Assembly: GCA_043797125.1 (NCBI GenBank) | Contig: JAZDPX010000038.1 | Location: forward strand, 68,071-132,070 | Reading direction: 5' to 3' | Origin: Candidatus Omnitrophota bacterium | Lineage (GTDB): Bacteria; Omnitrophota; Gorgyraeia; JABMRG01; JAFGKX01 | DNA: 64,000 nucleotides | Part shown: piece after piece, positions 28,627 to 38,774 of the stretch | Position numbering within the stretch: position 1 is the stretch's first letter | Layout of the letters: each line of letters starts with the position of its first letter | Translations under genes and position numbers: made by a program | Notes under the pieces: generated by a model | Database searches by the model: none | What the model saw: the letters and a program-made list of their open reading frames with translations, nothing else | What the model was told of the DNA's origin: nothing

Positions 28627-30078
28627 CTATATTATTTCAAGAAATTTATCTACAAGCTTAGGATCAAATTCTTTGCCGCTGCCCTTCTTAAACTCGTCTT
28701 TAATGGACTCTTTGCTTAAGCTTTTTCTGTATGGGCGGTCTGTTGACATGGCATCATAGGCATCTACCATTTTCAATATCTTCGCTGTCAGGGGTATCTC
28801 TTCGCCTTTTAACCCGTCAGGGTATCCTGTGCCGTCCCACCACTCCTGGTGATATCTCACCATGTCGCACAGGGGGCTAAGTTTTCTTATCGGGCGCATT
28901 ATGTTCTCGCCTATTATAACGTGTTTTTGGAGCTCTTGTTCTTCTTCCTGCGTAAGCTTATCCTTTTTGCCTAAGATTTCATCTCTTACGCCTATCTTGC
29001 CTAAATCATGGAGCTTGGCGCCGTCTTTTAAAACTTCTATGGTCTTGTCGCTTAAGCCTAAGTGCTTGCTGAAATTAATCACCAATCTTGAAACTCTATC
29101 TAGGTGCCCGCGGCTGTACGGGTCCTTGGCTTCAACAGCAACTGCCAGGGCTGTTATTGTTTCTATATATGTCTTTTCTGCGTCTTCATTAAGGTTTGCG
29201 TTAGCAATAGCAACAGCGGCCTGAGATGCTATGTTTGTTATAAGCAGCTTATCGTCCTCGTTAAAATTTGAAGATCTTTTCTTATTAAAAATCGCCATCA
29301 CTCCCAGACAATCCTCTCTGTAGAGCAAAGGCACGGATATTATGGTTTTGTAGTGAAAGCGCGATTCATCATTTTCATCTATGCTTGGCACGCCGGTATA
29401 GGAAGAGATAATTGTTCTTTTTTCCTTAGCTGAAAGGCCGATTATTCCCTCCCCAAGCTTTTCAGATATCTTTTTAGCTGCCTTTTCATCAATGCCGTAA
29501 TACACGCTTGCCTGCAATTTTTCGCCTTTATCGTCCAAAAGCAATATGCAGCCGTTTTCGCCAAATACACCTTTGGTGGTCATTTCTATTATAAGCCCGA
29601 GAAGCTGGTCAATGCCCTCTGACGATGAAATGGCGGCTCCGGTCTTTGTAAAAATATCCTGTATAATATTTTTAGATTCTTCAAGCTCCTTAATCTTTTC
29701 TTCCAAATCTGAGGTAATTTTGTTAAATGACTTTGCAAGCTGGCCTATTTCGTCTGTGTCCGGGCCATCTACATATATCTTCTTTTTGTAATTTCCCTTA
29801 GCTATCTCTTTGCCGATCTCGGCAATGCGCGAAACAGCGCTGATGTTGCGCCTTAAAAAATAAAACATCAGGCCCATTAAACAGACGATCAGCGCTACTG
29901 TCACTCTTATGTACGGGAGTTTTTCCCAAAGTATATCATAACCCACAACTTTCAGGATATACATCAAAAGCATTAGAGGTATAAGCGACATGAAGAAAAA
30001 GGAGATGGCCAATTTACGGACCAGGCTCTCCTCATGTATTGAAGACAGCCTCATTTTAGACTTTTTAGTTTTTTTCAT
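28627..30078 (-). CDS. Membrane HAMP-GAF-HD-GYP cyclic-dinucleotide phosphodiesterase
   Basis: Two TMs, DEIGQLAKSFN (HAMP), GAF (SVPL...FNEDD), LHDLGKIG, DGTGYPDGL; start uncertain (30078 or 30099). Confidence 0.9.
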   Translation of the reverse strand: MKKTKKSKMRLSSIHEESLVRKLAISFFFMSLIPLMLLMYILKVVGYDILWEKLPYIRVTVALIVCLMGLMFYFLRRNISAVSRIAEIGKEIAKGNYKKKIYVDGPDTDEIGQLAKSFNKITSDLEEKIKELEESKNIIQDIFTKTGAAISSSEGIDQLLGLIIEMTTKGVFGENGCILLLDDKGEKLQASVYYGIDEKAAKKISEKLGEGIIGLSAKEKRTIISSYTGVPSIDENDESRFHYKTIISVPLLYREDCLGVMAIFNKKRSSNFNEDDKLLITNIASQAAVAIANANLNEDAEKTYIETITALAVAVEAKDPYSRGHLDRVSRLVINFSKHLGLSDKTIEVLKDGAKLHDLGKIGVRDEILGKKDKLTQEEEQELQKHVIIGENIMRPIRKLSPLCDMVRYHQEWWDGTGYPDGLKGEEIPLTAKILKMVDAYDAMSTDRPYRKSLSKESIKDEFKKGSGKEFDPKLVDKFLEII

Positions 30079-30082
30079 AGTA

Positions 30083-30955
30083 TTAAAGCCCTGCCGCATC
30101 CAAAAGCCGGCCGACTTTGCTCTCCCATCCGATAGGCATAATATGAACGCCGCTTGCGACTGCCTTTAATTCTTTTATAAGTCCTGCGGCAATCTGGATT
30201 GCCTTTTGGGGCCTATCATTTTTATCAACCGAATCTATTTCCTTTATTATATGAGCCGGCACATTAATGCCTGCTACGTTATCATTCATATATTTAGCCA
30301 TTGCGCCGGACTTAAGCAATATAACGCTTGCTAATATAGGCGCGTCGATATGTTTTACCTTTTTCAGGAATGCCGAAAATTTATCTATATCAAAAATGGC
30401 CTGTGTCTGGAAAAATTTCGCTCCTGCTTTAACCTTTTTCTCCATTTTTATTATTTCCGGCTCTAAAAAGTCCGCCCCGGGGTTTACGACAGCTCCGGCG
30501 AAAACATCAGGCTTTCCGTCGAGAGCATTTCCTGTCATATCCGCGCCTGAATTAAGAGTTTTAATAACTTCCAGAAGCTGCACTGAATCAAGGTCGTAAA
30601 CAGGCTTTGCCTGAGGGTGATCTCCTCTTGTCGGGTGATCGCCAGTAAGAACCAGTATGTTATCTATGCCCAGCGCCGCGGCTGAAAGTATATCCGACTG
30701 CAAAGCAAGGCGGTTTCTGTCGCGCGTGGTTATCTGCAATATCGGCTCAAAGCCGTTTGTCTTTAAAAGATGGCACATCACCAAAGAACCCAGCCTCATG
30801 ACAGAACTTTGAAGGTCTGTAACATTAACCGCATCCACCCTGTTTTTAAAGTGCTCGGCCTCCTGCAGTATTTTTTTTGTGTTTATCCCTTTGGGCGGGC
30901 CTATCTCGCAGGTAACAACAAATTTGCCGGATTCCAATTTGCTTTTTAAGCTCAT
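30083..30955 (-). CDS. metF: Methylenetetrahydrofolate reductase MetF
   Basis: PPKG, AVNVTD, RDRNRLALQSD, LTGD, FFQTQ. Confidence 0.95.
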   Translation of the reverse strand: MSLKSKLESGKFVVTCEIGPPKGINTKKILQEAEHFKNRVDAVNVTDLQSSVMRLGSLVMCHLLKTNGFEPILQITTRDRNRLALQSDILSAAALGIDNILVLTGDHPTRGDHPQAKPVYDLDSVQLLEVIKTLNSGADMTGNALDGKPDVFAGAVVNPGADFLEPEIIKMEKKVKAGAKFFQTQAIFDIDKFSAFLKKVKHIDAPILASVILLKSGAMAKYMNDNVAGINVPAHIIKEIDSVDKNDRPQKAIQIAAGLIKELKAVASGVHIMPIGWESKVGRLLDAAGL

Positions 30956-31605
30956 TTTTTCTCCAGGCTGATTTTTTTCGGGCTTAATCTTTTTTCATTA
31001 TCGCGCGGGTTTTGAGTATTTTTCATTTTTGAAAGCTCTTTGAGCGAATCGAGGCGTTCGTATATTTGAATCCACACGCAATCTATGTCTTTGCTTACTT
31101 CGCATTTTTTATCTTTAACGCCGCCGCAAGGCCCGTTCAGCAGCCCTTTTGGGCACAATGTAACCGGGCACAAGCCGCCTGTTTCATCCAGCACGCATTC
31201 CGCGCATAAAGAGCATTTCTGCACAAAACGTCCGTCGGACTGAACCTCGCCCAAAAATAATGTATCAAGACCGGGGTGCACTCTTTTGCCTTTTGTGCCT
31301 TCCACTATTGTCTGCGTGCCGTCTCCGCAAGTCAGGGCGAGTATCGCGTCTGATTTCTGTATCTGGGCCTTAAACTGCTGGTTCATCTTTTTTGCCTTTA
31401 CCAGATGGCAAGGCGGATCAAGCACAAAAGTGCCTGTTATAATTTTACCGTGTTTTGCAAGGAAGGCCTTCATTGCAAGGACTTCTTCCTCGCCGCCGGT
31501 TTTACACACAGTAGAACACTGCGCGCAGCCGGCTATGAATATCTTTTTGTCGCATTTAAGATACTCCAGTATTATGTCTTTATCTTTTTGTTTTGTAATT
31601 ATCAT
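30952..31605 (-). CDS. metV: MetV (MTHFR-associated Fe-S/Zn subunit)
   Basis: GCAQCSTVC, CGDG, CSLCAEC, CPVTLCPKGLLNGPCGG, CVW; upstream of metF. Confidence 0.9.
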   Translation of the reverse strand: MIITKQKDKDIILEYLKCDKKIFIAGCAQCSTVCKTGGEEEVLAMKAFLAKHGKIITGTFVLDPPCHLVKAKKMNQQFKAQIQKSDAILALTCGDGTQTIVEGTKGKRVHPGLDTLFLGEVQSDGRFVQKCSLCAECVLDETGGLCPVTLCPKGLLNGPCGGVKDKKCEVSKDIDCVWIQIYERLDSLKELSKMKNTQNPRDNEKRLSPKKISLEKK

Positions 31606-32429
31606 TATGCCCTCTTATATAATTCCAAAAGATTATTAATCAGCATGATGTTAGTCACCGGGCCTACGCCCCCCGGTACGGGTGTAATATATGACGCCTT
31701 GTTTTTAGCTGAATCAAAATCTATATCGCCCTTTGTGGCGACATCAATGACAATTGCGTTCATCTTTAACCATTGCCCGGGCACGCTGAAACCTTTAACC
31801 CCTACCGCGCTTATGAGAATCTCGGCTCTTTTTACGTGCTCCTTAAGAAGATTGCGTTCGCTGGTTGCTATATGGCAGACTGTAACAGTCGCGAATTCGT
31901 TTAATAGCATAAGGCTTAACGGCTTTCCTATAATCTGGCTATGGCCTATTATCAGCGCCTCTTTGCCGCGCAACCGCACATTTAAACATTTAAGTATATG
32001 CATAACCGCGGCAGGCGTGCATGGCGCCAGGCTGCAATTTCCTGAAAAAAATCTTCCTATGTTTGCGGGGTGCAGGCCCTCAACATCCTTTTTCGGATTT
32101 ATGTGCCCTAAAAGTTCGTTGCGGTTTATCGCCTTGGGCAGAGGAAGCTGGATAATTATCCCTGTTGTTTTCCTGTCCGCGTTGTATTTATCGAGCACGC
32201 TTTTAGCGTCTTTTGTGGCTGTGCCTGCGGCAAGCTTAATAAGCACATATTCTATATCAAATTCCCTGCAAAGGGTCTGCTGCGACTTTGTGTACATCCT
32301 GCACGAAGGGTCATCTCCTATTATTATAGAAACTAGCCTAGCAGGGCCTTTGCCTTTTGCCTTAAATTCTTTTAAAAGCTTTGCCCTTAGGCCTTGCACA
32401 ATTTTTTTACCGTCGATTATCTCTGCCAT
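31605..32429 (-). CDS. folD: Methylenetetrahydrofolate dehydrogenase/cyclohydrolase
   Basis: IIDGK, IIQLPLP, KDVEG, PCTP, TPVPGGVGP. Confidence 0.93.
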   Translation of the reverse strand: MAEIIDGKKIVQGLRAKLLKEFKAKGKGPARLVSIIIGDDPSCRMYTKSQQTLCREFDIEYVLIKLAAGTATKDAKSVLDKYNADRKTTGIIIQLPLPKAINRNELLGHINPKKDVEGLHPANIGRFFSGNCSLAPCTPAAVMHILKCLNVRLRGKEALIIGHSQIIGKPLSLMLLNEFATVTVCHIATSERNLLKEHVKRAEILISAVGVKGFSVPGQWLKMNAIVIDVATKGDIDFDSAKNKASYITPVPGGVGPVTNIMLINNLLELYKRA

Positions 32430-32971
32430 TGCCTTATCCTTTTACTTAACCATATCAGCTTTTTGCGTTTTGAATTAACAAAATTTTTATCATTTATATA
32501 CTTTAGATTTATCTCGACATTAAGCCGCGCTGCCTTAAAACAGGCCTTGTTGGCTGCGGCTGCGCAGCCAACATCGCTCATTAAATTTCTATTTGCAATT
32601 GACGGCAATCCGCTAATGGCTGCCGCTGCTTCATAACTTCTATCGCATATTTCTAAAGGCGTAAGCGCGGCCATTTTAAAAGCGGATTGGGTTTTATAAT
32701 TATCCCTGCCGTATTTTTTTATGCTCGCTAAAAGCCTTGCATAAACTCTTGCGTCTTTATCGATCAACCCCGTAAACATTATCCTGTTATTTTTTACAGC
32801 GGCAAGCATCCTGCTCGCTTTACGCCCATGGCTATAGTTTAGCACCATCTCACAAAGAGCGCAACCAATTGCTCCTAACAAGGCCGCGGCGCTGCCTCCC
32901 CCCGGGACCGGAGTTTTTGCCGCCAGTTCATTCAAATACTTTTCTATAGTCAATTTGCTATATGTTTTCAT
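32417..32971 (-). CDS. fchA: Formiminotetrahydrofolate cyclodeaminase/methenyl-THF cyclohydrolase family protein
   Basis: PVPGGGSAAA, NLMSD, LNVEINL; between fhs and folD. Confidence 0.85.
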   Translation of the reverse strand: MKTYSKLTIEKYLNELAAKTPVPGGGSAAALLGAIGCALCEMVLNYSHGRKASRMLAAVKNNRIMFTGLIDKDARVYARLLASIKKYGRDNYKTQSAFKMAALTPLEICDRSYEAAAAISGLPSIANRNLMSDVGCAAAANKACFKAARLNVEINLKYINDKNFVNSKRKKLIWLSKRIRQWQR

Positions 32972-32972
32972 A

Positions 32973-33031
32973 TTTTAAATTTTTAATTTTGAATTGCAAT
33001 TTTGAATTTTGCATTTTTAATTTTTAATTTT
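32973..33031. repeat. Degenerate heptamer array (TTTTGAA/TTTTTAA)
   Basis: Fills the fhs-fchA spacer; same family as 36556..36665. Confidence 0.7.
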
Positions 33032-34642
33032 CTACGTCAACCCTACAATATTCCCCTTATCATCAATATCAATCCTCTCCGCCGCAGGCTCTTTAGGCAA
33101 ACCGGGCATAAGTTCTATTTTTCCTGCGATTGGCACTAAAAATCCTGCGCCTGCCGAGATCCTGACATCGTGAATCTTTAATTTCCATCCGCCAGGCACG
33201 CCTTTTTTAAGAGGGTCGTCGGATAATGAAAGGTTGGTCTTCGCGATATTTACTTCAAGCCTGCCAAAGCCTAAAGACGTAAATTTCGCGATTTCATCAC
33301 TTGCGCGTTTTGTATATGTAACGCCGCTTGCGCCATAAACTAAGGTGGCAATTTTATGTATTTTAGTCTTAATCGGCTCGTCGAGCTCATAAAGATACTG
33401 CAGATTAGAGGAATCATCGCGTATTGCCTTAAGGCAGCTTTGAGCTAAATCAACTGCGCCTGATCCGCCCTTTGCCACGGCTTCTGACACAACGCAATCA
33501 ACTCCTAAGCTGTGGCAATAGCCGTCAATTGCATCTATTTGTTTTTTTGTATCCTGCGGGAATTTATTTATTGCCACTATCGGTTGCATGCCGAACCTTT
33601 GAATTATTCCGATGTGATGCCTTAGATTATCCATATTTGAGTGCGATTCAATAGCCCTGGCGGAAACGACTATTATAGAAAGGGATGGTTTTAACACATC
33701 CGCGCTGCCGGGCATGCGCAGGCGGCAGACTATATTAAAAAACTTCTCTGCGCCTAATTCGGAACCAAAACCGTTCTCAGTTATAACGTAATCCGCTAAT
33801 TTTGACGCCATAATAAGGCTAATAAAGCTGTTATTCCCGTGGGCGATATTAGCAAACGGCCCTGTGTGCACGAACGCGGGCTGGCCTTCCGTGGTTTGCA
33901 CGATGTTCGGCTTTATCGCATCTTTTAAAAGCGCGGCCATTGACCCTACGACCTTAAGATCCTTTGCCGTAACAGGTTTGCCTTTTCTTGTATAGGCTAC
34001 AATAATATTTGAAAGCCTTCTCTTTAAATCTTTGATACTTGTTGTCAAAGCCAGAATTGCCATTATCTCGCTTGCGGCAGTAATATCAAAACCGCTTTCG
34101 TATTTTATTGACCCGGCCTTTCCTTTATACCCAACAGTTACATGCCTCAGCGCCCTGTCATTGATATCAACCACTCTTCGCCAGAGTATATTTTTTACAT
34201 CAATATCCAGCGCATTGCCGTAATAAATGTGGTTATCAAGTATAGACGCTAAAAGATTATGCGCGGAAGCTACCGCATAGATATCCCTGGTAAAATGCAA
34301 GTTGATATCTTCCATCGGGATAATTTGAGCCTTACCCGAACCGCAGCCTCCGCCTTTTATGCCGAAGGTTGGGCCTAAAGAAGGCTCGCGCAAACATAAT
34401 ATAACTTTCTTTTTTAATTTAGCGAAGGCTTGGGTTAAGCCGATTGCCGTCGAGGTCTTGCCTTCGCCAAACTTTGTAGGCGTGATGCATGTTACGTTAA
34501 TAAGCCTTCCGTTTGGTTTGTAAGACAATCTTTCAAGTATATCCAATGACACCTTTGCCTTGTATGCGCCGAAAACCTCAAGCTCATCCTGCTTTATGCC
34601 TATTGACTTTGCTATTTCTGTGATTTGTTTCGGCTGGGTCAT
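33032..34642 (-). CDS. fhs: Formate--tetrahydrofolate ligase
   Basis: TPTKFGEGKT, LREPSLGP, DINLHFT, GPFANIAHG, MPGLP; start 34642 (TAATG overlap with rnhB) or 34654. Confidence 0.97.
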   Translation of the reverse strand: MTQPKQITEIAKSIGIKQDELEVFGAYKAKVSLDILERLSYKPNGRLINVTCITPTKFGEGKTSTAIGLTQAFAKLKKKVILCLREPSLGPTFGIKGGGCGSGKAQIIPMEDINLHFTRDIYAVASAHNLLASILDNHIYYGNALDIDVKNILWRRVVDINDRALRHVTVGYKGKAGSIKYESGFDITAASEIMAILALTTSIKDLKRRLSNIIVAYTRKGKPVTAKDLKVVGSMAALLKDAIKPNIVQTTEGQPAFVHTGPFANIAHGNNSFISLIMASKLADYVITENGFGSELGAEKFFNIVCRLRMPGSADVLKPSLSIIVVSARAIESHSNMDNLRHHIGIIQRFGMQPIVAINKFPQDTKKQIDAIDGYCHSLGVDCVVSEAVAKGGSGAVDLAQSCLKAIRDDSSNLQYLYELDEPIKTKIHKIATLVYGASGVTYTKRASDEIAKFTSLGFGRLEVNIAKTNLSLSDDPLKKGVPGGWKLKIHDVRISAGAGFLVPIAGKIELMPGLPKEPAAERIDIDDKGNIVGLT

Positions 34643-35229
34643 TAGCGTCTCCATCCCCTGTGCAATGGGGAGAGTCCAAACTTATCTATTGTCTCAAAGT
34701 GCGTTTTCGTCCCGTATCCTTTGTGAACTGCCAAGCCGTATTTCGGGAAAAGTTCGTCGTAAAAAACCATAAGCCTGTCTCTGGTAACTTTTGCTATAAT
34801 AGAAGCTGCGGCTATGGATAAGCTTTTCTGATCGCCCTTAATAATGAGAACTTGTTTTTGAGGCACTTTTAAACTTAATATTCCGTCCACAAGCAAAAGA
34901 TCCGGCACAACCGGCAAATTATACAAGGCGTATCTCATCGCCAGGATTGTTGCGTTGGCTATGTTTATTCTTTTGATAATGTCTTCGTGTACTATGCCTA
35001 TGCCAACAAAGGCCTTTTCCAAAATCTCTTTATACGCCTTTTCCCTCAAAAGGGCTGTCAGCCTTTTTGAATCATCTATCCTTGCAATAAAATCATATCT
35101 CTTAAGCACAACGCAGCAAGCAACAACAGGGCCTGCTATGGGGCCTCTGCCGGCCTCGTCAATTCCCGCAACGCACTTATATCCCTGGCGCCTTGCGTTA
35201 TGCTCCCTGTTCGGCGTTGGAAGGCTCAT
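34642..35229 (-). CDS. rnhB: Ribonuclease HII
   Basis: [42 protein letters not shown]; start uncertain. Confidence 0.95.
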   Translation of the reverse strand: MSLPTPNREHNARRQGYKCVAGIDEAGRGPIAGPVVACCVVLKRYDFIARIDDSKRLTALLREKAYKEILEKAFVGIGIVHEDIIKRINIANATILAMRYALYNLPVVPDLLLVDGILSLKVPQKQVLIIKGDQKSLSIAAASIIAKVTRDRLMVFYDELFPKYGLAVHKGYGTKTHFETIDKFGLSPLHRGWRR

Positions 35230-35590
35230 TTTGTTCCGCGGCATCCTGGCCGATTTTCTCATCGACCTTAGCCTTTTTACCAACCCTTTTTCTTAAATAA
35301 TAAAGCTTTGCCCTTTTAACTTTTCCTGTGCGCACATGCTCTATTCTTTCTATTGTCGGGGAGTGCAAAAGAAATATGCGCTCTAAACCCTCGCCGTAAG
35401 ATATGCGCCTTAGCGTAAAGGTTTCGTTAATACCGGAGTTTTTGCGCGCGATTACGGTGCCTTCAAAAGGCTGTATTCTTTCTTTCCCGGCCTCCATTAT
35501 CTTGACATGCACCTTAATTACATCGCCGATGAAAAATTCAGGTATGTCCTTTTTAAGTTTTTTCTTTATTATTTCTTTGATTTTATCCAT
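35198..35590 (-). CDS. rplS: 50S ribosomal protein L19
   Basis: [25 protein letters not shown]. Confidence 0.97.
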   Translation of the reverse strand: MDKIKEIIKKKLKKDIPEFFIGDVIKVHVKIMEAGKERIQPFEGTVIARKNSGINETFTLRRISYGEGLERIFLLHSPTIERIEHVRTGKVKRAKLYYLRKRVGKKAKVDEKIGQDAAEQNEPSNAEQGA

Positions 35591-36291
35591 GTCTGCTCCT
35601 TTTGTTCTAACTGCTTTATGTTTTTGATTAAATCAGGCCTTTTATCAATAGTCCTTGATATTGCCTCATATTTGCGCCATAGGCTTATCAGCTTATGATT
35701 TCCCGAAAGCAATATATCCGGCACCTTCATCCCGTCATAAGAAGAAGGCCTTGTATACTGCGGATATTCCAACAGGCCTTCTGAAAATGACTCTATGCTT
35801 GACGATTCGCTATGGCCTAATACGCCGGGAACCAACCTAACAACACTATCTATAACAACCATGGCAGGCAACTCACCGCCTGTTAAAATATAATCGCCTA
35901 TAGAAATTTCTTTATCTACTATACTCATTACGCGCTCATCAACGCCTTCATAATGCCCGCTTATTAAGATAAAGCCCTTTTTGCGGCTTAAGGTGTAGGC
36001 GTTTTTCTGTGTAAATGATTCGCCCTGGGGGCTCATCAAAATTACTTCTGCGGGGCTGTTTTTCTTTTTAACGTCTTTCACTGCGTCAAATATGCATCCG
36101 GGCTCAAGCACCATGCCCGGGCCTCCGCCAAAAGGCCTTGCATCTGCCTTTTTGTGCTTATCTTTCGAATAGCGCCTTATGTCATGCACGCATATATTGA
36201 CCTTTTTTGATTTTACCGCGCGTTTTATTATTGATTCGGACAATACAGCGTTAAACATCCGCGGGAAAAGTGTAAGCACGTCTATTCTCAT
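35569..36291 (-). CDS. trmD: tRNA (guanine-N1)-methyltransferase
   Basis: [41 protein letters not shown]. Confidence 0.98.
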   Translation of the reverse strand: MRIDVLTLFPRMFNAVLSESIIKRAVKSKKVNICVHDIRRYSKDKHKKADARPFGGGPGMVLEPGCIFDAVKDVKKKNSPAEVILMSPQGESFTQKNAYTLSRKKGFILISGHYEGVDERVMSIVDKEISIGDYILTGGELPAMVVIDSVVRLVPGVLGHSESSSIESFSEGLLEYPQYTRPSSYDGMKVPDILLSGNHKLISLWRKYEAISRTIDKRPDLIKNIKQLEQKEQTWIKSKK

Positions 36292-36299
36292 TTAAAAGC

Positions 36300-36530
36300 C
36301 TATTTTTTAATTAAAGAAAGAACGGTCTCGCTCGGCTTTGCGCCGATTTTCAGCCAGTAATCTATTCTGTCTTTTTTCATATTCAACAGCGCCGGGCTTT
36401 TTGACGGGTCATATATCCCGACTTCTTCAATAGCCTTACCGCTTGTCGAGACACGGGAATCGCATACTACTATCTTAAAATGCGGCTTCTTTTTGCCTCC
36501 CATTCTTTTCAGTCGTATTACACAAGCCAT
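36300..36530 (-). CDS. rpsP: 30S ribosomal protein S16
   Basis: IRLKRMG, IEEVGIYDP, YWLKIGAKPSETV. Confidence 0.96.
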   Translation of the reverse strand: MACVIRLKRMGGKKKPHFKIVVCDSRVSTSGKAIEEVGIYDPSKSPALLNMKKDRIDYWLKIGAKPSETVLSLIKK

Positions 36531-36555
36531 GGTTAGAACTCCTTTCTGGTGTTTA

Positions 36556-36665
36556 AATTAAAAATTCAAAATGTAAAATGTAAAATTGCAATGTAAAATT
36601 CAAAATTTGCAGTAATTTTGAATTTTTAATTGTAATTTTGAATTTTTAATTTTTAATTTTGAATT
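36556..36665. repeat. Inverted pair of heptamer arrays (long AT-rich palindrome)
   Basis: Left arm of TCAAAAT/GTAAAAT units, right arm of TTTTGAA/TTTTTAA units. Confidence 0.75.
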
Positions 36666-36669
36666 ATCT

Positions 36670-37929
36670 CTATTTCTCTCTCCAAATCTTTGCTCCTAAC
36701 GACGACAGCTTCTCTTCTATGCCTTCATATCCCCTGTCTAAGTGATAAACTCGCGAAATTTCCGTAACACCATCAGCTACAAGCCCGGCAAGTACAAGCG
36801 CTGCCGATGCGCGCAAGTCAGACGCCATAACAGGCGCGCCGGTTAAATGCCTTGAGCCTTTTATTATGGCGCTTTCTCCTTCCAAAATAATATCTGCCCC
36901 CATCCTGTTTAATTCGCTTATATGCATAAACCTTTCCGGATAAATCTTTTCCGTTACAATGCTTATGCCCTTCGCCAGGCACATCATGGCTGTTACCTGG
37001 GCTTGCAAATCAGTCGGAAATCCGGGAAACGGCAAGGTAACAACATCTATAGGCTTTATAGACCTTGTTGCTTTTACCTTTATTGCATTTTGTTTTTTCG
37101 TAATTACCGCGCCTGCTTCTCTTAACTTATCAATGACTGCCTCAAGATGCTTAGGACAAGCCCCTTCAATAGTCACATCACCGCCTGTCATCGCGGCAGC
37201 CATCATAAACGTGCCTGCTTCTATCCTGTCGGGAATTACCGTGTGGGTAGCCCCACCCAATCTCTTGACTCCTTCGATTTCTATCCGGTGAGAATAATGC
37301 CCCTTTATCTTTGCGCCCATCTTTATCAGCATCTCAGCCAAATCAACTACTTCCGGTTCGCATGCGGCATTTTCTATCACGGTCTTACCTTTGGCCAAAA
37401 CAGCTGCCATCATTGTATTTGCTGTAGCCAACACCGACGAACCATACGCGCCGCCTAAATACACGCTTGAGCCTTTAAGCTTTTTTGTCTTTGCTAAAAC
37501 ATAGCCATGAGAAACATCAACATCCGCGCCTAAGGCCTTGAGCCCCTTAATATGCAGATTTATGGGCCTCGGACCTATAACGCAACCGCCGGGCAATGAA
37601 ACTTTCGCCCTTTTTTGCCGCGCCAGTAAAGGCCCGAGCACGCAAACAGAAGCGCGCATAACGCTTACGAACTTATATGTTGCTGTATCGCCTTTGAAAT
37701 CCCTGGATTCTATTGTAAGTGTCCCGTCCTGAAATTCCACCTTAACACCCAATCTTTGGAGAAGGCGCATCATTGTTCTTATGTCGCTTAAGTCAGGCAC
37801 GTTCTTTATGATACAGCGCTCCCTTGTAAGCAAACAAGCAGCCATAATCGGTAAAGTTGAATTCTTGGAGCCGCTGTTTTTAATTTTTCCCTGCAGCCTT
37901 TTTTTTCCTTTTATAAGTAATCTGTCCAT
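36670..37929 (-). CDS. murA: UDP-N-acetylglucosamine 1-carboxyvinyltransferase
   Basis: GSKN, MRAS, LPGGCVIGPRP, PDRIEAGT, FPTDLQ, DLRASA. Confidence 0.98.
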   Translation of the reverse strand: MDRLLIKGKKRLQGKIKNSGSKNSTLPIMAACLLTRERCIIKNVPDLSDIRTMMRLLQRLGVKVEFQDGTLTIESRDFKGDTATYKFVSVMRASVCVLGPLLARQKRAKVSLPGGCVIGPRPINLHIKGLKALGADVDVSHGYVLAKTKKLKGSSVYLGGAYGSSVLATANTMMAAVLAKGKTVIENAACEPEVVDLAEMLIKMGAKIKGHYSHRIEIEGVKRLGGATHTVIPDRIEAGTFMMAAAMTGGDVTIEGACPKHLEAVIDKLREAGAVITKKQNAIKVKATRSIKPIDVVTLPFPGFPTDLQAQVTAMMCLAKGISIVTEKIYPERFMHISELNRMGADIILEGESAIIKGSRHLTGAPVMASDLRASAALVLAGLVADGVTEISRVYHLDRGYEGIEEKLSSLGAKIWREK

Positions 37930-38774
37930 TATTTTCCCTTGGCTGTTATCACTCTATCAAAATGATTGTAATCTTTCACGATTTCTATATCGCAAAAATT
38001 TTTTTCAAAAATTTGTTTCACAGCGCCTGATATGTCTGGTGCGATTTCAAAAAATATATAACCATTTGGTTTTAAATAAGATACTGCCTGCCTTGCGATC
38101 CTTTTATAAAAAACAAGCCCGTCAAGGCCGCCGTCCAAGGCAGCGATTGGCTCATTTTTTACATCTTCGGGCAGGGTTTTTAGCCGGCCTTTTTTAATAT
38201 AGGGCGGGTTGCAGGTTATTGCATCAAAAAAGCCTTTACAGCCCTGCCATGGTTTAAATAGATCGCCCTGTCTAAACTTAATATTAGTATAGACGCCGTG
38301 CAAACGCGCGTTGGTTTTCGCTGTTGCAACAGCGCCTTGAGAAATATCGGAAGCACATATTTTAGAACATTGGAGATGTTTTGTCAATGAGATTGCAATG
38401 TTGCCGCTGCCGGTGCAGAGGTCGAGAATGTTGATTGGGCTGTGGGCTGTGGGCTGTGGGCTGTGGGCTAACACCGCATCTACTAATATTTCGGTTTCGG
38501 GGCGGGGGATAAAGACGCCTTCCCGCATCTTAAATTCCAGCCCGTAAAAATAAGCCTTGGCTAATAAATATTGCAAAGGCTCTCCAGCTGCCCTTAGCTT
38601 TAGTATTTTGTTAAGCTTATGCATCTTAGGTTCATTAATCGTAATGTCCGATGTATATATATCTACCCTGCGGCAGTTCAACAAGCTACATAAAATCTGC
38701 TCTGCTTCAACCATGGGACATGCTATGTTTTGCTTTGCCAGAAATTCATGCGTATATTTTAATTCGGCGATCAT
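37929..38774 (-). CDS. prmC: Release factor glutamine methyltransferase
   Basis: GEPLQY, FIPRPETE, DLCTGSG, NPPY, LDGGLDGL; follows prfA. Confidence 0.96.
   Translation of the reverse strand: MIAELKYTHEFLAKQNIACPMVEAEQILCSLLNCRRVDIYTSDITINEPKMHKLNKILKLRAAGEPLQYLLAKAYFYGLEFKMREGVFIPRPETEILVDAVLAHSPQPTAHSPINILDLCTGSGNIAISLTKHLQCSKICASDISQGAVATAKTNARLHGVYTNIKFRQGDLFKPWQGCKGFFDAITCNPPYIKKGRLKTLPEDVKNEPIAALDGGLDGLVFYKRIARQAVSYLKPNGYIFFEIAPDISGAVKQIFEKNFCDIEIVKDYNHFDRVITAKGK
38436..38469. repeat. Perfect heptamer microsatellite (TGGGCTG)x4.9 inside prmC
   Basis: tgggctg tgggctg tgggctg tgggctg tgggct, encoding AHSPQPTAHSP. Confidence 0.9.
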
